Made by a program: the position numbers and the translations under genes. Of a stretch of 64,000 bases of DNA, positions 53,096 to 64,000 are shown in pieces. The DNA is from Salisapilia sapeloensis CBS 127946 (taxonomy: Eukaryota; Protista; Oomycota), in assembly GCA_023334545.1 (NCBI GenBank), contig JAADVB010000047.1, positions 1-64,000 on the forward strand. The letters run 5' to 3'. How positions within the stretch are numbered: the first letter of the stretch is position 1; each line of letters begins with the position of its first letter. The notes under the pieces were generated by a model. It saw only the letters and a list, made by a program, of their open reading frames with translations, did not search any database and was not told the DNA's origin.

Positions 53096-54285
53096 AGCTT
53101 GTCTTTCTGATATACGAGGATTCGAATGGGCTAGTACTAGGTATGGATCGATAGACGGACGATAGGCGAGTTGATAGGACGCGCTCCAAAGAAATTATTT
53201 TTTACTGTACGATCATCGAAAAACGACGACGGTGCTTCGAGGAAGACCGCAAAGTACTTGGCTAGACTATGGGCGACAGGATTCTTATTTTGCACATCCG
53301 CTGTCAAAGACGAAAAACCAGGATCAGATCGAGGAGTCTTAGAAGAAGATGTCTAGCTAGAGTTCAAGTAGATATCCTTTAGACGTTGGATTTTGGTTGA
53401 AAAGCACTGGTGGATAGTTGATTGATCAAGGTATAGATAGGATACACGTGTCTTCGTAGTGCTAGTTGCTTTGTGTACTGATAGATGCATGTATAAGTGC
53501 TATATGGACTGAAATTTGACCACATCTTTTAGTTGCAGCCAAGTAGATGTACGGCCTCGTCTAGCAAGCACTCGAGTCTGTATAACTTCTCCTTGATTGC
53601 TCTTTTGTTGGAGACACAACTATAAAGCGCATCCACCTTGCTTACCATCGTCGTGATCTCGTTTGCTATTGACGTGTCTGTACTGGTGTACACGTGCTAT
53701 GATGCAATTAAGCACGGACATGGTTCGACCTTAAAGCCGTATCTGTCCAACCTACTCTTTACCGATCTATACAATGCTTATTCAGTATTTGATGGATCTT
53801 CTACATCCCTCATCAAGCACATGTAAGAGTCATGGACACTGCCAACGTACGTTTTAAGCGTTCGTACTTCCTTCGTGGTCATCTGGCAAACCCACTCACA
53901 AGCTAAAGAACCAAAGCTCCAAACCAACGATCGAAGCTTTCTCGTCTCATCTTCATCCTAACATACAGTCATGATTCGACCGAGCAAAAACGCATCAGTC
54001 GCCGAACAACTCGACGCAGTCCAAAGCTACAGCAATTGGACACCTAGCTAAAACTTTAAAGTACGTAATAATCAAGTTAAACGTCTATACACTACATGTA
54101 GTTGATCTCTCTCCTCTCAAGACAGTATGTTCAATATCTCACCAAAGACCAAGGAACTCATCCTGACAATAAGCTCCATGATACCTCTAAAGAAACTCAA
54201 TCGAACCACAACTCCAGAAAGCAAGTAAAAGACAAGTATATATCCATCAAATGAATCTTCAGAATTGCCAAAGCTACAAGTCGAC

Positions 54286-55377
54286 CTATCCTTCCTTGGT
54301 CTGATACCGCAGAGGCTTCCCTTCCTTTCCGTCCGTCGTCCTAAACCGTTTTAAAATGCCCATGAAGAAAGCTCGACGGTTCTCTACATGATCTCCAATA
54401 CTAGTCTCAAACTCATCCAGCGCCTTCTTCGCCGTCGCGTAGTCGAACCAGGATAAAAAGTCGACCATCCGGTCGTCCACATCGTCTTCCGTCAGCTTAA
54501 AGTCCGGATCCTTTGCTCGCTTCTGCGCCAACGCACTCGCTTTCTTCACTTGCACCTCGCTCTGCTTCGTACGCAGCTTACGGATCTTCTCTTTGCGTTC
54601 CTCTGACTTGCTGCCACCGCCACCAGCAGTCAGCTCGACGTTGATCCGTCGCCCGTGCAGCAGCGTATGGTGCTGTGCTAAGGCAGCTCCAAGCGCCTTG
54701 CGGTCTGCCACTTCGATGAACGCCATGCCTTTCGACTTACCAGTCTTCTTATTCGTCCGCAGGCGGACGGTCACCTCGCCAGCTTCGGCAAAGTGCTTCT
54801 TGACGTCCTCTGCCGTCGCGTTGAACGGTAGCTGGCCAACGAATAGCGTAAGGTGGATGCTTTTTTCCTTCTTTGGCTCCTCCAGTTCCTCCTCTCGAGG
54901 TCGTTTGTCACCGACGGCACTCTCTTCCTGCTTCACAGACTCCTTCGCACCATCCAATTTCACCTGCAATGCCTTTGCAACCTCCGGATCTGTTTCCTGT
55001 TCTATCTTACGACGCAGCTTTCGTCTCTCCTTGGCATTCAGTGGCTTGTCAGCGCCCTCATCATTCGTCTCAATCGCTTTCATCTCCTTGGCGACTTTTG
55101 CTCTCGTCGGGTAATCTCGGTTTTCCGGTACAAACCATTCTGGATGAAGCTTCTTGACTTCCTCCAACTGCTCTTTCGCTTTTAGTTGCTCCGGATCCGA
55201 GCCTTGGTAATCCTCAGCAGCAAACCACTCAGGGTGGCGGGCTGCCATGCGAACGAATTTCTTTCGAGATTTGAGGTTAAAAGCTACCTTTTGCTTCGAC
55301 TTGCCCTTTTTAGCATCAGTAGCTTTTGCTGGAGAAGTATTGGCACTAGCATTTGCATTGCTTTCCGTGTCCGACAT
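54286..55377 (-). CDS. RRM RNA-binding protein, Nop6-like
   Basis: RNP2 LFVGQL, RNP1 KGMAFIEV, and RRINVELTAGGGG characteristic of Nop6-type RRMs. Lys/Glu-rich N-terminus. ATG 55377. Confidence 0.8.
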   Translation of the reverse strand: MSDTESNANASANTSPAKATDAKKGKSKQKVAFNLKSRKKFVRMAARHPEWFAAEDYQGSDPEQLKAKEQLEEVKKLHPEWFVPENRDYPTRAKVAKEMKAIETNDEGADKPLNAKERRKLRRKIEQETDPEVAKALQVKLDGAKESVKQEESAVGDKRPREEELEEPKKEKSIHLTLFVGQLPFNATAEDVKKHFAEAGEVTVRLRTNKKTGKSKGMAFIEVADRKALGAALAQHHTLLHGRRINVELTAGGGGSKSEERKEKIRKLRTKQSEVQVKKASALAQKRAKDPDFKLTEDDVDDRMVDFLSWFDYATAKKALDEFETSIGDHVENRRAFFMGILKRFRTTDGKEGKPLRYQTKEG

Positions 55378-55997
55378 GACGTCCACGAGCGTATCAGCTA
55401 TTTGAAATGGTTCGTTTGTGTGTGTCTCGGTTTAGTAGGTGCAATTTGTATAGCGTTTTGTATGGGTGGTGGCAGCAGCACAAGAAGGACTTGACAAGCA
55501 TGAAGAGTTGAGTGGGTACAATGCTAGGCAAGTTCCATCATATACTGTCTAGCGAGGAGATGATATATTCAACATTGCCACTGTCGGCTCCGTTAGACGT
55601 TTTGTCTTTTCAATCTCTTTAAATCATTTGGAACTCTTTCATACTACTTCGAAACGACATCTACTACTTCTACAGGAAAAGCTAAAGTGGAAATGCTCAA
55701 GACGCTGGAAACCAGTCAAACGCCGTGTCACAAATGACCGGACATGCATACCTCCTTCCTCTGCTTCCGTCGCACGTATCCTCTTCCCACATACCTAAAA
55801 GTATATATCAATACAAGTAAGCATGAGTACAACTACAGATAACAGTAGTAGAGTATATGTCATTTTCTCCATTCAAATCGATTTAATTGACAAATCTTGA
55901 AGAGGTGTTCGTTCTCAGATAGACAAAACATCTTAAGCTAAGTATACGTCGTTCGGTTGGCTCCAGCGTCTTATTGCCAAGAAAGCGCATCAGAAGC

Positions 55998-57386
55998 ATG
56001 TCTGACCAGGAAGCAAGCACGTCTCCAGCGGCTGAAGCCCCGCAAGAGGAAGAAATTACTACCTTTGCAGCACTCGGTGTTGACGAAGTACTATGCGAAG
56101 CCATTGCATCGCTCGGATGGGATAAACCGAGTAAAATCCAGCAGCAAGCGCTGCCATTCGCACTCCAAGGTCGAGACATCGTCGGTGTGGCCGAAACTGG
56201 GTCCGGCAAGACCGGTGCCTTCGTCATCCCGATCTTGCAAAACCTACTCAAGTCTCCACAACGTCTCTACGGCCTTGTACTCGCACCAACGCGTGAACTC
56301 GCGTACCAAATCAGTGAACAGTTCGAAGCCTTAGGCTCGTCCATTGGTCTCAAGACAGCTTGCATCGTCGGTGGCATCGATATGGTGCAGCAGCAAGTAG
56401 CTCTCGCTCGTCGTCCACATATTGTCATCGCCACGCCCGGTCGTCTAGTGGATCACTTGGAGAACACCAAGGGATTCTCGCTCCGGACGATGAAGTACTT
56501 TGTCTTGGACGAAGCCGATCGGATGCTCAGTATGGACTTTGAAGAGGAGATCAACCAGATCGCTCAGCTCCTGCCTCGCGAACGCAACACCTTTCTCTTC
56601 AGCGCCACCATGACGTCCAAAGTCGCGAAACTCCAGCGTGCGAATCTCCATAAGCCAGCCAAAGTCGAGGTCACGCACAAGTTCGCGACGCCTCAGACGC
56701 TCCGTCAGCACTATCTCTTTATCCCGGCGAAGCATAAAGACACGTACTTGTCCTATCTGTTGAATGAAGTCGCTGGACAGACCGTCCTCATCTTCGTCGG
56801 CACGTGCTCAGCAGCTGAACGCTCTGCTCTACTCCTGCGCAACCTCGGCTTCGAAGCCATCTGCCTACACGGCAAGATGACGCAGCCGAACCGTCTCGGA
56901 GCGCTGAACAAGTTCAAAGCCAAGAGCCGCAACATCCTCGTCTGCACGGACGTCGCGAGTCGAGGTCTGGACATCCCGAGCGTCGACGTCGTGCTCAATT
57001 ACGACATCCCAACCAACGGCAAGGACTACATCCATCGCGTCGGGCGTACGGCACGTGCCGGTCGCGCTGGTGTCGCCGTCTCTTTCGTCACACAATATGA
57101 CATTGAGAACTACCAGCGGATCGAGCACCTCCTCGGGAAGAAGCTCGACGCTTATCCTTGTGACGAAGAGACTGTGCTGGTGCTCTCCCAACGCGTGAGT
57201 GAAGCGCAGAGACTCGCGACGATCGAGATGAACGAAAGTGGGCGAGGAGGGAAGCGAGGTCGACAGGACGATTCGGACGAAGAAGATGAAGGAGGTCCGA
57301 AGAAGTACAAGTCTGCTGGAAGGGTGCAAGGTCGCGGACGTGGACGCGGACGTGGGCGTGGAGGCAAGAGAGGAGGCAGACACTAG
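55998..57386 (+). CDS. DDX47: DEAD-box RNA helicase DDX47/RRP3
   Basis: [38 protein letters not shown] and an RGG-like tail. ATG 55998. Confidence 0.95.
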   Translation: MSDQEASTSPAAEAPQEEEITTFAALGVDEVLCEAIASLGWDKPSKIQQQALPFALQGRDIVGVAETGSGKTGAFVIPILQNLLKSPQRLYGLVLAPTRELAYQISEQFEALGSSIGLKTACIVGGIDMVQQQVALARRPHIVIATPGRLVDHLENTKGFSLRTMKYFVLDEADRMLSMDFEEEINQIAQLLPRERNTFLFSATMTSKVAKLQRANLHKPAKVEVTHKFATPQTLRQHYLFIPAKHKDTYLSYLLNEVAGQTVLIFVGTCSAAERSALLLRNLGFEAICLHGKMTQPNRLGALNKFKAKSRNILVCTDVASRGLDIPSVDVVLNYDIPTNGKDYIHRVGRTARAGRAGVAVSFVTQYDIENYQRIEHLLGKKLDAYPCDEETVLVLSQRVSEAQRLATIEMNESGRGGKRGRQDDSDEEDEGGPKKYKSAGRVQGRGRGRGRGRGGKRGGRH

Positions 57387-57441
57387 TAGATAAGTTAAAC
57401 AAGTCTTTTAGATGGTAGAAACATGCTTGTGATCGTTATGT

Positions 57442-59349
57442 CTATCGAATGACGTTGCCTGGACCGAGAGGCAATACGAGAGCCGAGCCGAAACGACTGC
57501 TGCCTTTGACACCACTGCTAGGGAATGCGTTCCAAAACCGAAGTGTTTCGTCTCCAGCTCCCGTGACGATTGTCTGACCGTCAGGCGACATGGCCAAGTA
57601 CAAGACGCGGCACGTGTGTCCCGTGAGCGTTGCTACTTTCCTCATGGAAGGATAGTCCCAGATGAAGATCTGGTTCAGCGAGTACCCGTGTGTGCTCACG
57701 AGCTCATTCACGTTCTTAGACCACATCAAGTTGCAGACTTGGGACCCTGTGTCTATAGACCTCCGTCCAGTAGCTGGTTCCATCGTGTTGTTGCTTGCGT
57801 TCTGCCCCGTGTTCATGTTCCAGAAGCGAATGCAACGGTCGGCAGTGCCTCCACCGGACGCGAGAAGACCGTGCTGATGTGGTGACCATGCGATGGCTTT
57901 GACTGCCGCTGTGTGGTCACTGAATCGAAACAATGGTTCGCTTATGCACTCTCTTCGAGCGCCGACGGGATTGTTGCTCGGTGATGAAGAGAGCTTTAAG
58001 GCACTCCAGACACAGAGCTTATTGTCATTTCCACCAGACGCCAAGTGGAGATTGTCAAAAGACCACTTGAGACCACAGACCTCTTGCTTATGGCCGGTCA
58101 GTCGATGCTCGAACGGTTCTCGAGCACGAACGTCTCGGGCGAGGATACTCCGATCTCGGCTTCCTGAAGCTAGTAGATGGGAGCTCCAAGTCGACGATCC
58201 AACTCGTCCAGCATGCCCACTAATAAGAAAACAGTCAGATCACCTCGCATCATACAAGTACAAGTGTAATCGTACTGCATCGTTCGCACAAGCTTTTCTG
58301 CGCCTGCATCCCAAATCTGTAGCTGTCCATTGTTGGTTCCGACTGCCAAGTGAGTTCCCTGCATTACCATTCGACCTTCTTAGATACATATAAATGGAGA
58401 AGCCAAAGTAGGGATGTGCATACTCGACTATTCCAACACACAGATGAAACGGAGTTGGCGTGCTCGGAAAGATCCAGAAGCTTGTCTGCTTTGCTCGTAC
58501 ATGCACTCCAGAGGTACACACTGGAACCGAGGCCAACAGCTAGTTTATTCGAAGGCGACCAGTCCACTAGATTTAAATAAAAGTCGTCTTGTAGCGTTGG
58601 TGCATCAAGGACTTTGAATGGCGTCTTGGCGATACGACGTCTTGCTGGGGTCGATGTGTTGGTGAGATAACTAGTGGGTCAAGCTACTACTCAAACATTC
58701 TCAAGGTACTAGAGTAGGTATCATACCGTTTGGAAGAGTAGAGTGTGCTGCCGAATAGCGGTGTATGCGTCAATCTAGCATTCGACCCTGGACGCTCCAT
58801 CTTGAACCGAAGTATACTGCCTTGTCGCGATCTAGTAGCAAGCGTTATACCAACTGATTGACACAAGTGCATGAGTTTCTATGAAAACTACCGCGAGGAT
58901 TGGATGGGTGACCGCTCTTCCGAGCATTTCCATGATATTCGACACGGTCGAGAAGGCGACGGAAGCCCAAGTAGCTCTCTCTTAAGTAGCTTTGTAAATG
59001 AGCCGGGGCTTTCTTCTCTCTGTTGCTCATTGTTACCATCTGAAGGTCGAGATGTCGAGTTGTTTGGATTTATAGGACGCTGTGTGGGTCTATCGATACA
59101 AGCATCTGAAACATAGTTCCTAGCATATAAAGACAGTGGTCACCTATATGCATCGTCCTCTTCGTCCGACAGTGGTGCCAACGCATCCAAGTTGGTCGAT
59201 GCTCGAGACGGGATGAATCGGTCGCTGTAAATGTACTTGGATCTAAGATATAAAATCATGATCCCTACGAGCCTGTAGAATAGACAGAAGCAGAAGACTT
59301 ACTTGGTGGGTCGAGCCGCGAATTGCTTATAGCAGACAGAATCATTCAT
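57442..59349 (-). CDS. FZR1: APC/C activator Fizzy-related/Cdh1 (WD40), multi-exon
   Basis: C-box SDRFIPSR, KVLDAPTLQDDFYLNLVDW, ASGGNDN, SGGGTADR, STHGYS, GDETLRFW and a C-terminal IR tail. Several short introns; the second intron boundary is ambiguous. Confidence 0.9.
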
Positions 59350-59659
59350 CTATTAATGATGATGAGACGGTTTAGCAAAGCATTCGATGAGATCCCATTA
59401 TAAGGGAGCTGCCAAATTGGCTCGTGTTGACTCTATCTCCATCCAATGCATACCTGATTGAGAGCATCAGTGGTAACGTCGGCTGTGCATGCTGTTATCT
59501 CCGGACCGGTGCCCATTCCAGACAGAGCTCGTGTCCGCTCGCTCTTTTAAAGATGACGCTTTATCGCTTTGTGTTGAGCCGTTTTACTCCTTCTTGGCTC
59601 TACCAAATTATGTCCGTAACGGCTCCAAGATAGATGACCATGCCTGTCCGCTACATTTG

Positions 59660-60166
59660 TCGAGCCAAGTAGTCGTATTCTGTAGCAAGCATCCATTACC
59701 AAGGCTTTAGATGAGACTGCACTCTCGAACATTTTCTTCTCGCTCGACGAAAGGACTTGTGGGGTTAACTAGACGCAGGCACGTCAGACATAGTAACTTG
59801 AGCGAGGGACAACGAACGATTGCTCATGGCAGAGAATCCAGCTTTCGTAACTGTCAATATGAATGCTTTCCTCCCCCTGTCTTTGCAGCACAAGGTGCTA
59901 AATCGCAGACGACGTTCCCTTGGTCACCAAGAGTCTAGTACAATCCGTTAAGTCTGTCGGTAGTTGCAAACGACGTGGTAACTAGTCTTCAAGATTGAAA
60001 AATCTCGACAGATGTGCAGGCTTGGAACTTTCAATGACATGAGAGGATACAAGATCCGAATCCATTGGCACCCGTTCAGGAGTTCGACGCGTATGTCGCT
60101 TGAGCTCGAAAGTCTCACGTAAGTGTCATCTTCAACATGATATGTCAACACGCTGTTTCGTCCCAT
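59660..60166 (-). CDS. Possible small spliced hypothetical gene, divergent from CEPT1
   Basis: ORF 59948..60166 can splice (CAC|GTCGTT..TACTAG|ACT, 40 nt) into a further open frame TLGDQGNVVCDLAP...SYESWILCHEQSF. 3' end unresolved. Confidence 0.35.
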
Positions 60167-60218
60167 ACTCGGCCCAAGACACTTTCGAAGCCATTGGTTT
60201 CAAGATCGATCCGACCCA

Positions 60219-61669
60219 ATGGCGACCGTAGCAACGCAGGCCGCGGCACAGCGCGATGTCGATGAATTGCACCAACGAGTTCGACATCGATCTGTGGCAG
60301 ACCCAGGCAAATCTCTCTACTTTGGCAAATACGTGTCTCAAGAAGGATGTGAAAACCTGCTCACGTACGAGTACCACGGCGCAGATCATTCCTACATCTA
60401 TAAAAAGTTCCTGACGCCCATGAATAACTATCTGGTCGAATTGCTACCTCTATGGCTTGCACCCAATCTCGTATACATTGCTTGGAAGAGTATGGAGATT
60501 GCAAGACTAAAGAGTGTCTGTGGCATAGATTACGCTTCTCGGACTACTCACCGTCGGAACGACGCATGTGCTTGTCTTTTTCTATTGCCCATTTCTCGAA
60601 GGCGACATTCCTCCATGGCTATGCACCCTATCAGCATTCGCACTCTTTGCCTACCAAGTACTTAATACCATCCCTAGCTCCTATCGTCACTAGCTCATCC
60701 ATATACTAGACCCTGGACAACCTGGATGGCAAACAAGCTCGTCGGACAGGCACATCCTCTCCTCTCGGCCTTCTATTTGACCACGGATGCGATGCTCTCA
60801 ACGTCTCCGTCGGTCTTATCACCATGTCCTGCTTCATGCAGTTCGGGACCACGTGGAAGGCACTCGCCATGCTCCTCAGTGGCCACATCGTGTTCATTTT
60901 CGCTACATGGGAAGAGTACTACTGCGGCTCTTTGGAACTACCAGTCGTCAACGGTCCGACGGAAGGTGTGCTCATCGGCATCGGTCTCAAGCTATTCACA
61001 GCCATCGCAGGCACGTCGTTCTGGACCTCGGAGACCATCCCAGGTGTCCAGAACAACACACTCTTCCTCTTCTCCACTCTCTCCGGCACCATATGCACCA
61101 TCATCGTCAAGTACTATCTTCCTCTTACTTGTAGTAAACTCGAGCTAAGACATGCATAGCGTTGTGAACGTCGTACGCGCCGTGCGTCTACGCCACGATT
61201 CGATCGTCGTGGCTTGCACAAGACTAGCTCCCTTCCTCACTATCAACTCCATGGCAGCCGTCTGGGCACTCGTCTCTCCTTCAGACATCTTCACCATCTA
61301 CCCTCGCCTCTTCCTCTGGATGCTTGGCTTCCTCAACAGCAAACTAGTGGTACGTCCTTCTACCTCCTACGAGTCACTAATGTCACTCATGTAAGCTCCT
61401 AGCTCCATCTCATGCTCGCACACTTGTGCGGGGAAGAGTACCATCCGTTCCGAAAGACGCTCGTGCCTCTCTTTTACGTCGCAGGCCATTGTGGCTTTAG
61501 TATGCTCCAAGGCATCTACGACGGCGTGAACGAGCTCTTGATCGTCCAAGAGTTTTTCTTCCTCTCTCTCGCTTCTTACATCCACATCGTCGTAACAGTC
61601 GTGTGGGAAGTGAAGACTGTCTTAGACATTCCTGTCTTCACTGTACCTCGGAAGCATAAACAAAAGTAA
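60219..61669 (+). CDS. CEPT1: Choline/ethanolamine phosphotransferase, 5 exons
   Basis: Join 60219..60470, 60529..60657, 60710..61110, 61160..61349, 61403..61669 (1239 nt). APNLIT and the CDP-alcohol phosphotransferase motif LDNLDGKQARRTGTSSPLGLLFDHGCD. Confidence 0.93.
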
Positions 61670-61708
61670 AAAACACACGAATCTACGCATCTCCCTCTCT
61701 TGTATTTC

Positions 61709-62812
61709 TTATATGACGTTGCCTGCTACCATGGATGCAAAGAGCCATGCACCAAGCCACTTGTTACTACCAAACCTCTCCTGTAGATTCACTGGGTCAT
61801 CTAGCTTGGCTGTGTTCACCTGCCACGCCAAGTGGCCAGCACTCGCGCCTAGACCGAGGTAGAATGGCCAGTCCAGACCAGCCATGTACCCGGCAGATCC
61901 GATGCCAAGCACCGTCGCGGCCGAGAAAGCGTTTAGAATCATCGGCGTCTTGTCGCCAAAGAGCAGCGCAGTGGAGCGCACGCCGATCTTCCGGTCGTCC
62001 TCCTTGTCCTGATGCGCATACAGCGTGTCGTACACGATCGTCCAGGCCATGCCACCGGCATATAGAGGTAGCACGGTTGCCCAGTCGATGGAGCCGTGGA
62101 CGGCTGCCCACCCGAGGATTGCGCCGTAGTTGAACGTGAGACCGAGGAACGCCTGTGGCCAGTAAGTGAGTCGCTTCATGAGCGGGTACGTGGCGACGAG
62201 TGAGAGAGACGCAGCTCCTACGGCGATGCTGTAGTAGTTCAGCTGCAGTAATATGCCCAGACCAGCAGATAATTGAGCAGCGAGGAAGCCCCACGCCTGC
62301 TTGGACGTAAGCTTCTTCGCAGCCAATGGCCGCTGGTTGGTGCGTTCGACCTGCCGATCAAAGTCTCGGTCCCACATGTCGTTAATAGTGCACCCGGCAC
62401 TACGCATGATGAAGGCTCCAGTGCCGAAGAGCGCGAGGAGCTTGAGATCCGGGAGCTGACCGACAGGTGCGGCCAGCGAGATGCTCCAGAAACATGGCCA
62501 CAGGAGCATAAAGGTGCCTGCTGGACGATTGATACGAGCTAGCTGGATGTACGGGAGCAGCCAGTCAGGGCTATGACGTTCTGCCCATGTGTGTTTTTCT
62601 AGCTTATAGACATCGTCCTGGAGGACGGATGGCTGCTTATGCTTGTCATGCTCGTGGGGTGACGAGCTAAAGGACAGTGTTTGGCTCAGATTGACACATA
62701 CCGATGGTCTATGACGTAGCAATGGTTGCGATCGAGATATGAAAGCCAAGGGCTGTAAGAATGCTCGTCGAGAAGACGTGCGGATGGCCGCCGCAGCCGA
62801 GAGGAGTGCCAT
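61709..62812 (-). CDS. COQ2: 4-hydroxybenzoate polyprenyltransferase, mitochondrial
   Basis: Presequence-like N-terminus; LARINRPAG, AGCTINDMWDRDFDRQVERT, YPLMKRLTYWPQ, YDTLYAHQDKEDD. Confidence 0.96.
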   Translation of the reverse strand: MALLSAAAAIRTSSRRAFLQPLAFISRSQPLLRHRPSVCVNLSQTLSFSSSPHEHDKHKQPSVLQDDVYKLEKHTWAERHSPDWLLPYIQLARINRPAGTFMLLWPCFWSISLAAPVGQLPDLKLLALFGTGAFIMRSAGCTINDMWDRDFDRQVERTNQRPLAAKKLTSKQAWGFLAAQLSAGLGILLQLNYYSIAVGAASLSLVATYPLMKRLTYWPQAFLGLTFNYGAILGWAAVHGSIDWATVLPLYAGGMAWTIVYDTLYAHQDKEDDRKIGVRSTALLFGDKTPMILNAFSAATVLGIGSAGYMAGLDWPFYLGLGASAGHLAWQVNTAKLDDPVNLQERFGSNKWLGAWLFASMVAGNVI

Positions 62813-63255
62813 CGATTATCGGGATGAGCTGATCGTGTCACATTATCCGTTCTGTATCCGGATGTTCCGACCTTTGAAGATCGCGATCTACTATGCAGGT
62901 ACGATAAAGGAGTCTTCTATCTACGTTCAAGTTGGATGATAGATGTATGTGTTGATAGATAGAGATGTCATTCATGTATGGTTATGACTAGGAACTATTC
63001 TTAGACAATATAGAAAAGATAGAGATAGAATGGAATGAGCCGTTGGACGATCTGGATGCAGGATGGAATAAGATGTAGGTTGAAGAGAGGTGTATATCGC
63101 CACTGGTGATTCTTTTCCTGGAAATCGAAAAGAAAAAAGATACGCAGTTATCGCTCTTTTAGAATTGACGGCGTCTTCATTCTTGTTTTGCGTTGCAATC
63201 ACAAGACCTCTTGTCCATCGCTCTTGCAACGTCGAAAGAAACAACGTCGACATCG

Positions 63256-64000
63256 ATGAAGAGTATTTTCGGCATCAAGACATCGCCACCACACACATCG
63301 AGGCGGTCACCACCCGTGACACCACCGCCACTCGTTCTGTCGTCCATTTTTCCACCGAAAAACGATCTTGTTCCGCCCGACAGTGTCCACGATGCAGACA
63401 CGACGGAGCCTTCCCATAGCTTCCTGCATCTCGATGCATCCGAAGTGTCAATTTATGACCACCACGATACGTCTACTTCTCTCACACCTGCCATACCGTC
63501 ACGGCAGCTACCACATCTGCATCCTTCACTACTAGTTGCGTCCATCGACATGTACGACGAGACCGCGAGTCCCCACTTGAACAACTGTAAGTCTGCTACT
63601 CTAGCATAGACCAGCATTACACTGTCACTCATTACTATCCACAGTCCTACTTGATGACAGCTTCATGCCACCTCCATCGAGCTACGTTTCTCCTTCTACA
63701 ATAACACCGCATGCTCCTCTACCTTCATTCGTCTGCTCCACCGACTCTTCTACCTCTACTTTCCAGGACCCACTCCCGATCATATCACCGTCGACTTCCT
63801 ACCCATATCTACCCGTGGCACCCGCAACGTCATTCCTAAAACATACGACTAGTACCTACTTTCCTACTGTCGACGCTAGATCCAACGTCGTGTCTCCGCT
63901 CGTGTCACCTGGTACTTCCACAGTCGACGCTGTCTCCATTCCTTCACAAGATGCTGCAATGCAGTCAACACCACAGCTCCAAAAGGCTCCGCAGTCAGCT
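63256..64000 (+). CDS. Pro/Ser/Thr-rich hypothetical protein, partial (runs off the window)
   Basis: MKSIFGIKTSPP... open frame with a GTAAGT..CAG intron (about 63587-63644) joining in phase to FLLDDSFMPPP. No family recognised. Confidence 0.5.

Noticed and set aside
53500-54280. AT-rich stretch with short hydrophobic ORFs, possibly a copia pol remnant
   Set aside because: No convincing motif; left unannotated.
59355-59460. Possible C/D-box snoRNA (ATGATGA...CTGA)
   Set aside because: No recognisable rRNA-complementary guide or terminal stem; it lies in the FZR1 upstream region.
1388-63609. Many long antisense or alternate-frame ORFs overlapping real genes (e.g. 20534..21331, 50409..50972, 52181..52828)
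   Set aside because: These are shadow ORFs expected from GC-rich codon usage; they have no recognisable motifs.
1-64000. Alternative genetic code suggested by frequent CTAG/TAG and by ORFs ending abruptly
   Set aside because: Conserved genes end normally in TAA, TAG or TGA. The apparent internal stops are intron sequence or acceptor TAGs, and splicing restores the frames.
1-64000. tRNA, rRNA, snRNA or CRISPR arrays
   Set aside because: No T-loop/cloverleaf, rRNA or U-snRNA signature and no regularly spaced repeats were recognised by eye. tRNAscan-SE or Infernal would be needed to exclude them formally.

Overview
Gene-dense eukaryotic nuclear DNA, most likely from a zoospore-forming oomycete (stramenopile). 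This is an inference from short GT-AG introns of roughly 45-80 nt, an INR+FPR-like core promoter (TCATTCTGCAATTT), TACATGTA motifs, oomycete-type families (PX-RING, START-FYVE, an HRDLSxEN kinase), a mitochondrial HslV and flagellum-type genes. Standard genetic code. About 35 protein-coding genes are supported; many were reassembled by hand across introns because the ORF track splits them. They include RRP6, NCAPG2, TCP1, CAP, HslV, PKA regulatory subunit, EFG1, DDX47, FZR1, CEPT1, COQ2, a PDK-like protein, a PAQR, a SulP and two MFS transporters. Genes are packed with gaps often under 100 bp. AT-richer islands interrupt them and hold three copies of one decayed ~750 bp coding-like repeat, a START-FYVE pseudogene and a gag-like relic. 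The most notable candidates are a cyclic-nucleotide-binding domain fused to a divergent mitochondrial-carrier-like domain, lying among other cAMP-related genes (CAP, PKA-R, SulP-STAS-CNB), and a PDZ-zinc finger-Greatwall/Rim15-type kinase. No rRNA, tRNA or CRISPR was recognised. All family calls come from motif recognition by eye, not from database searches.
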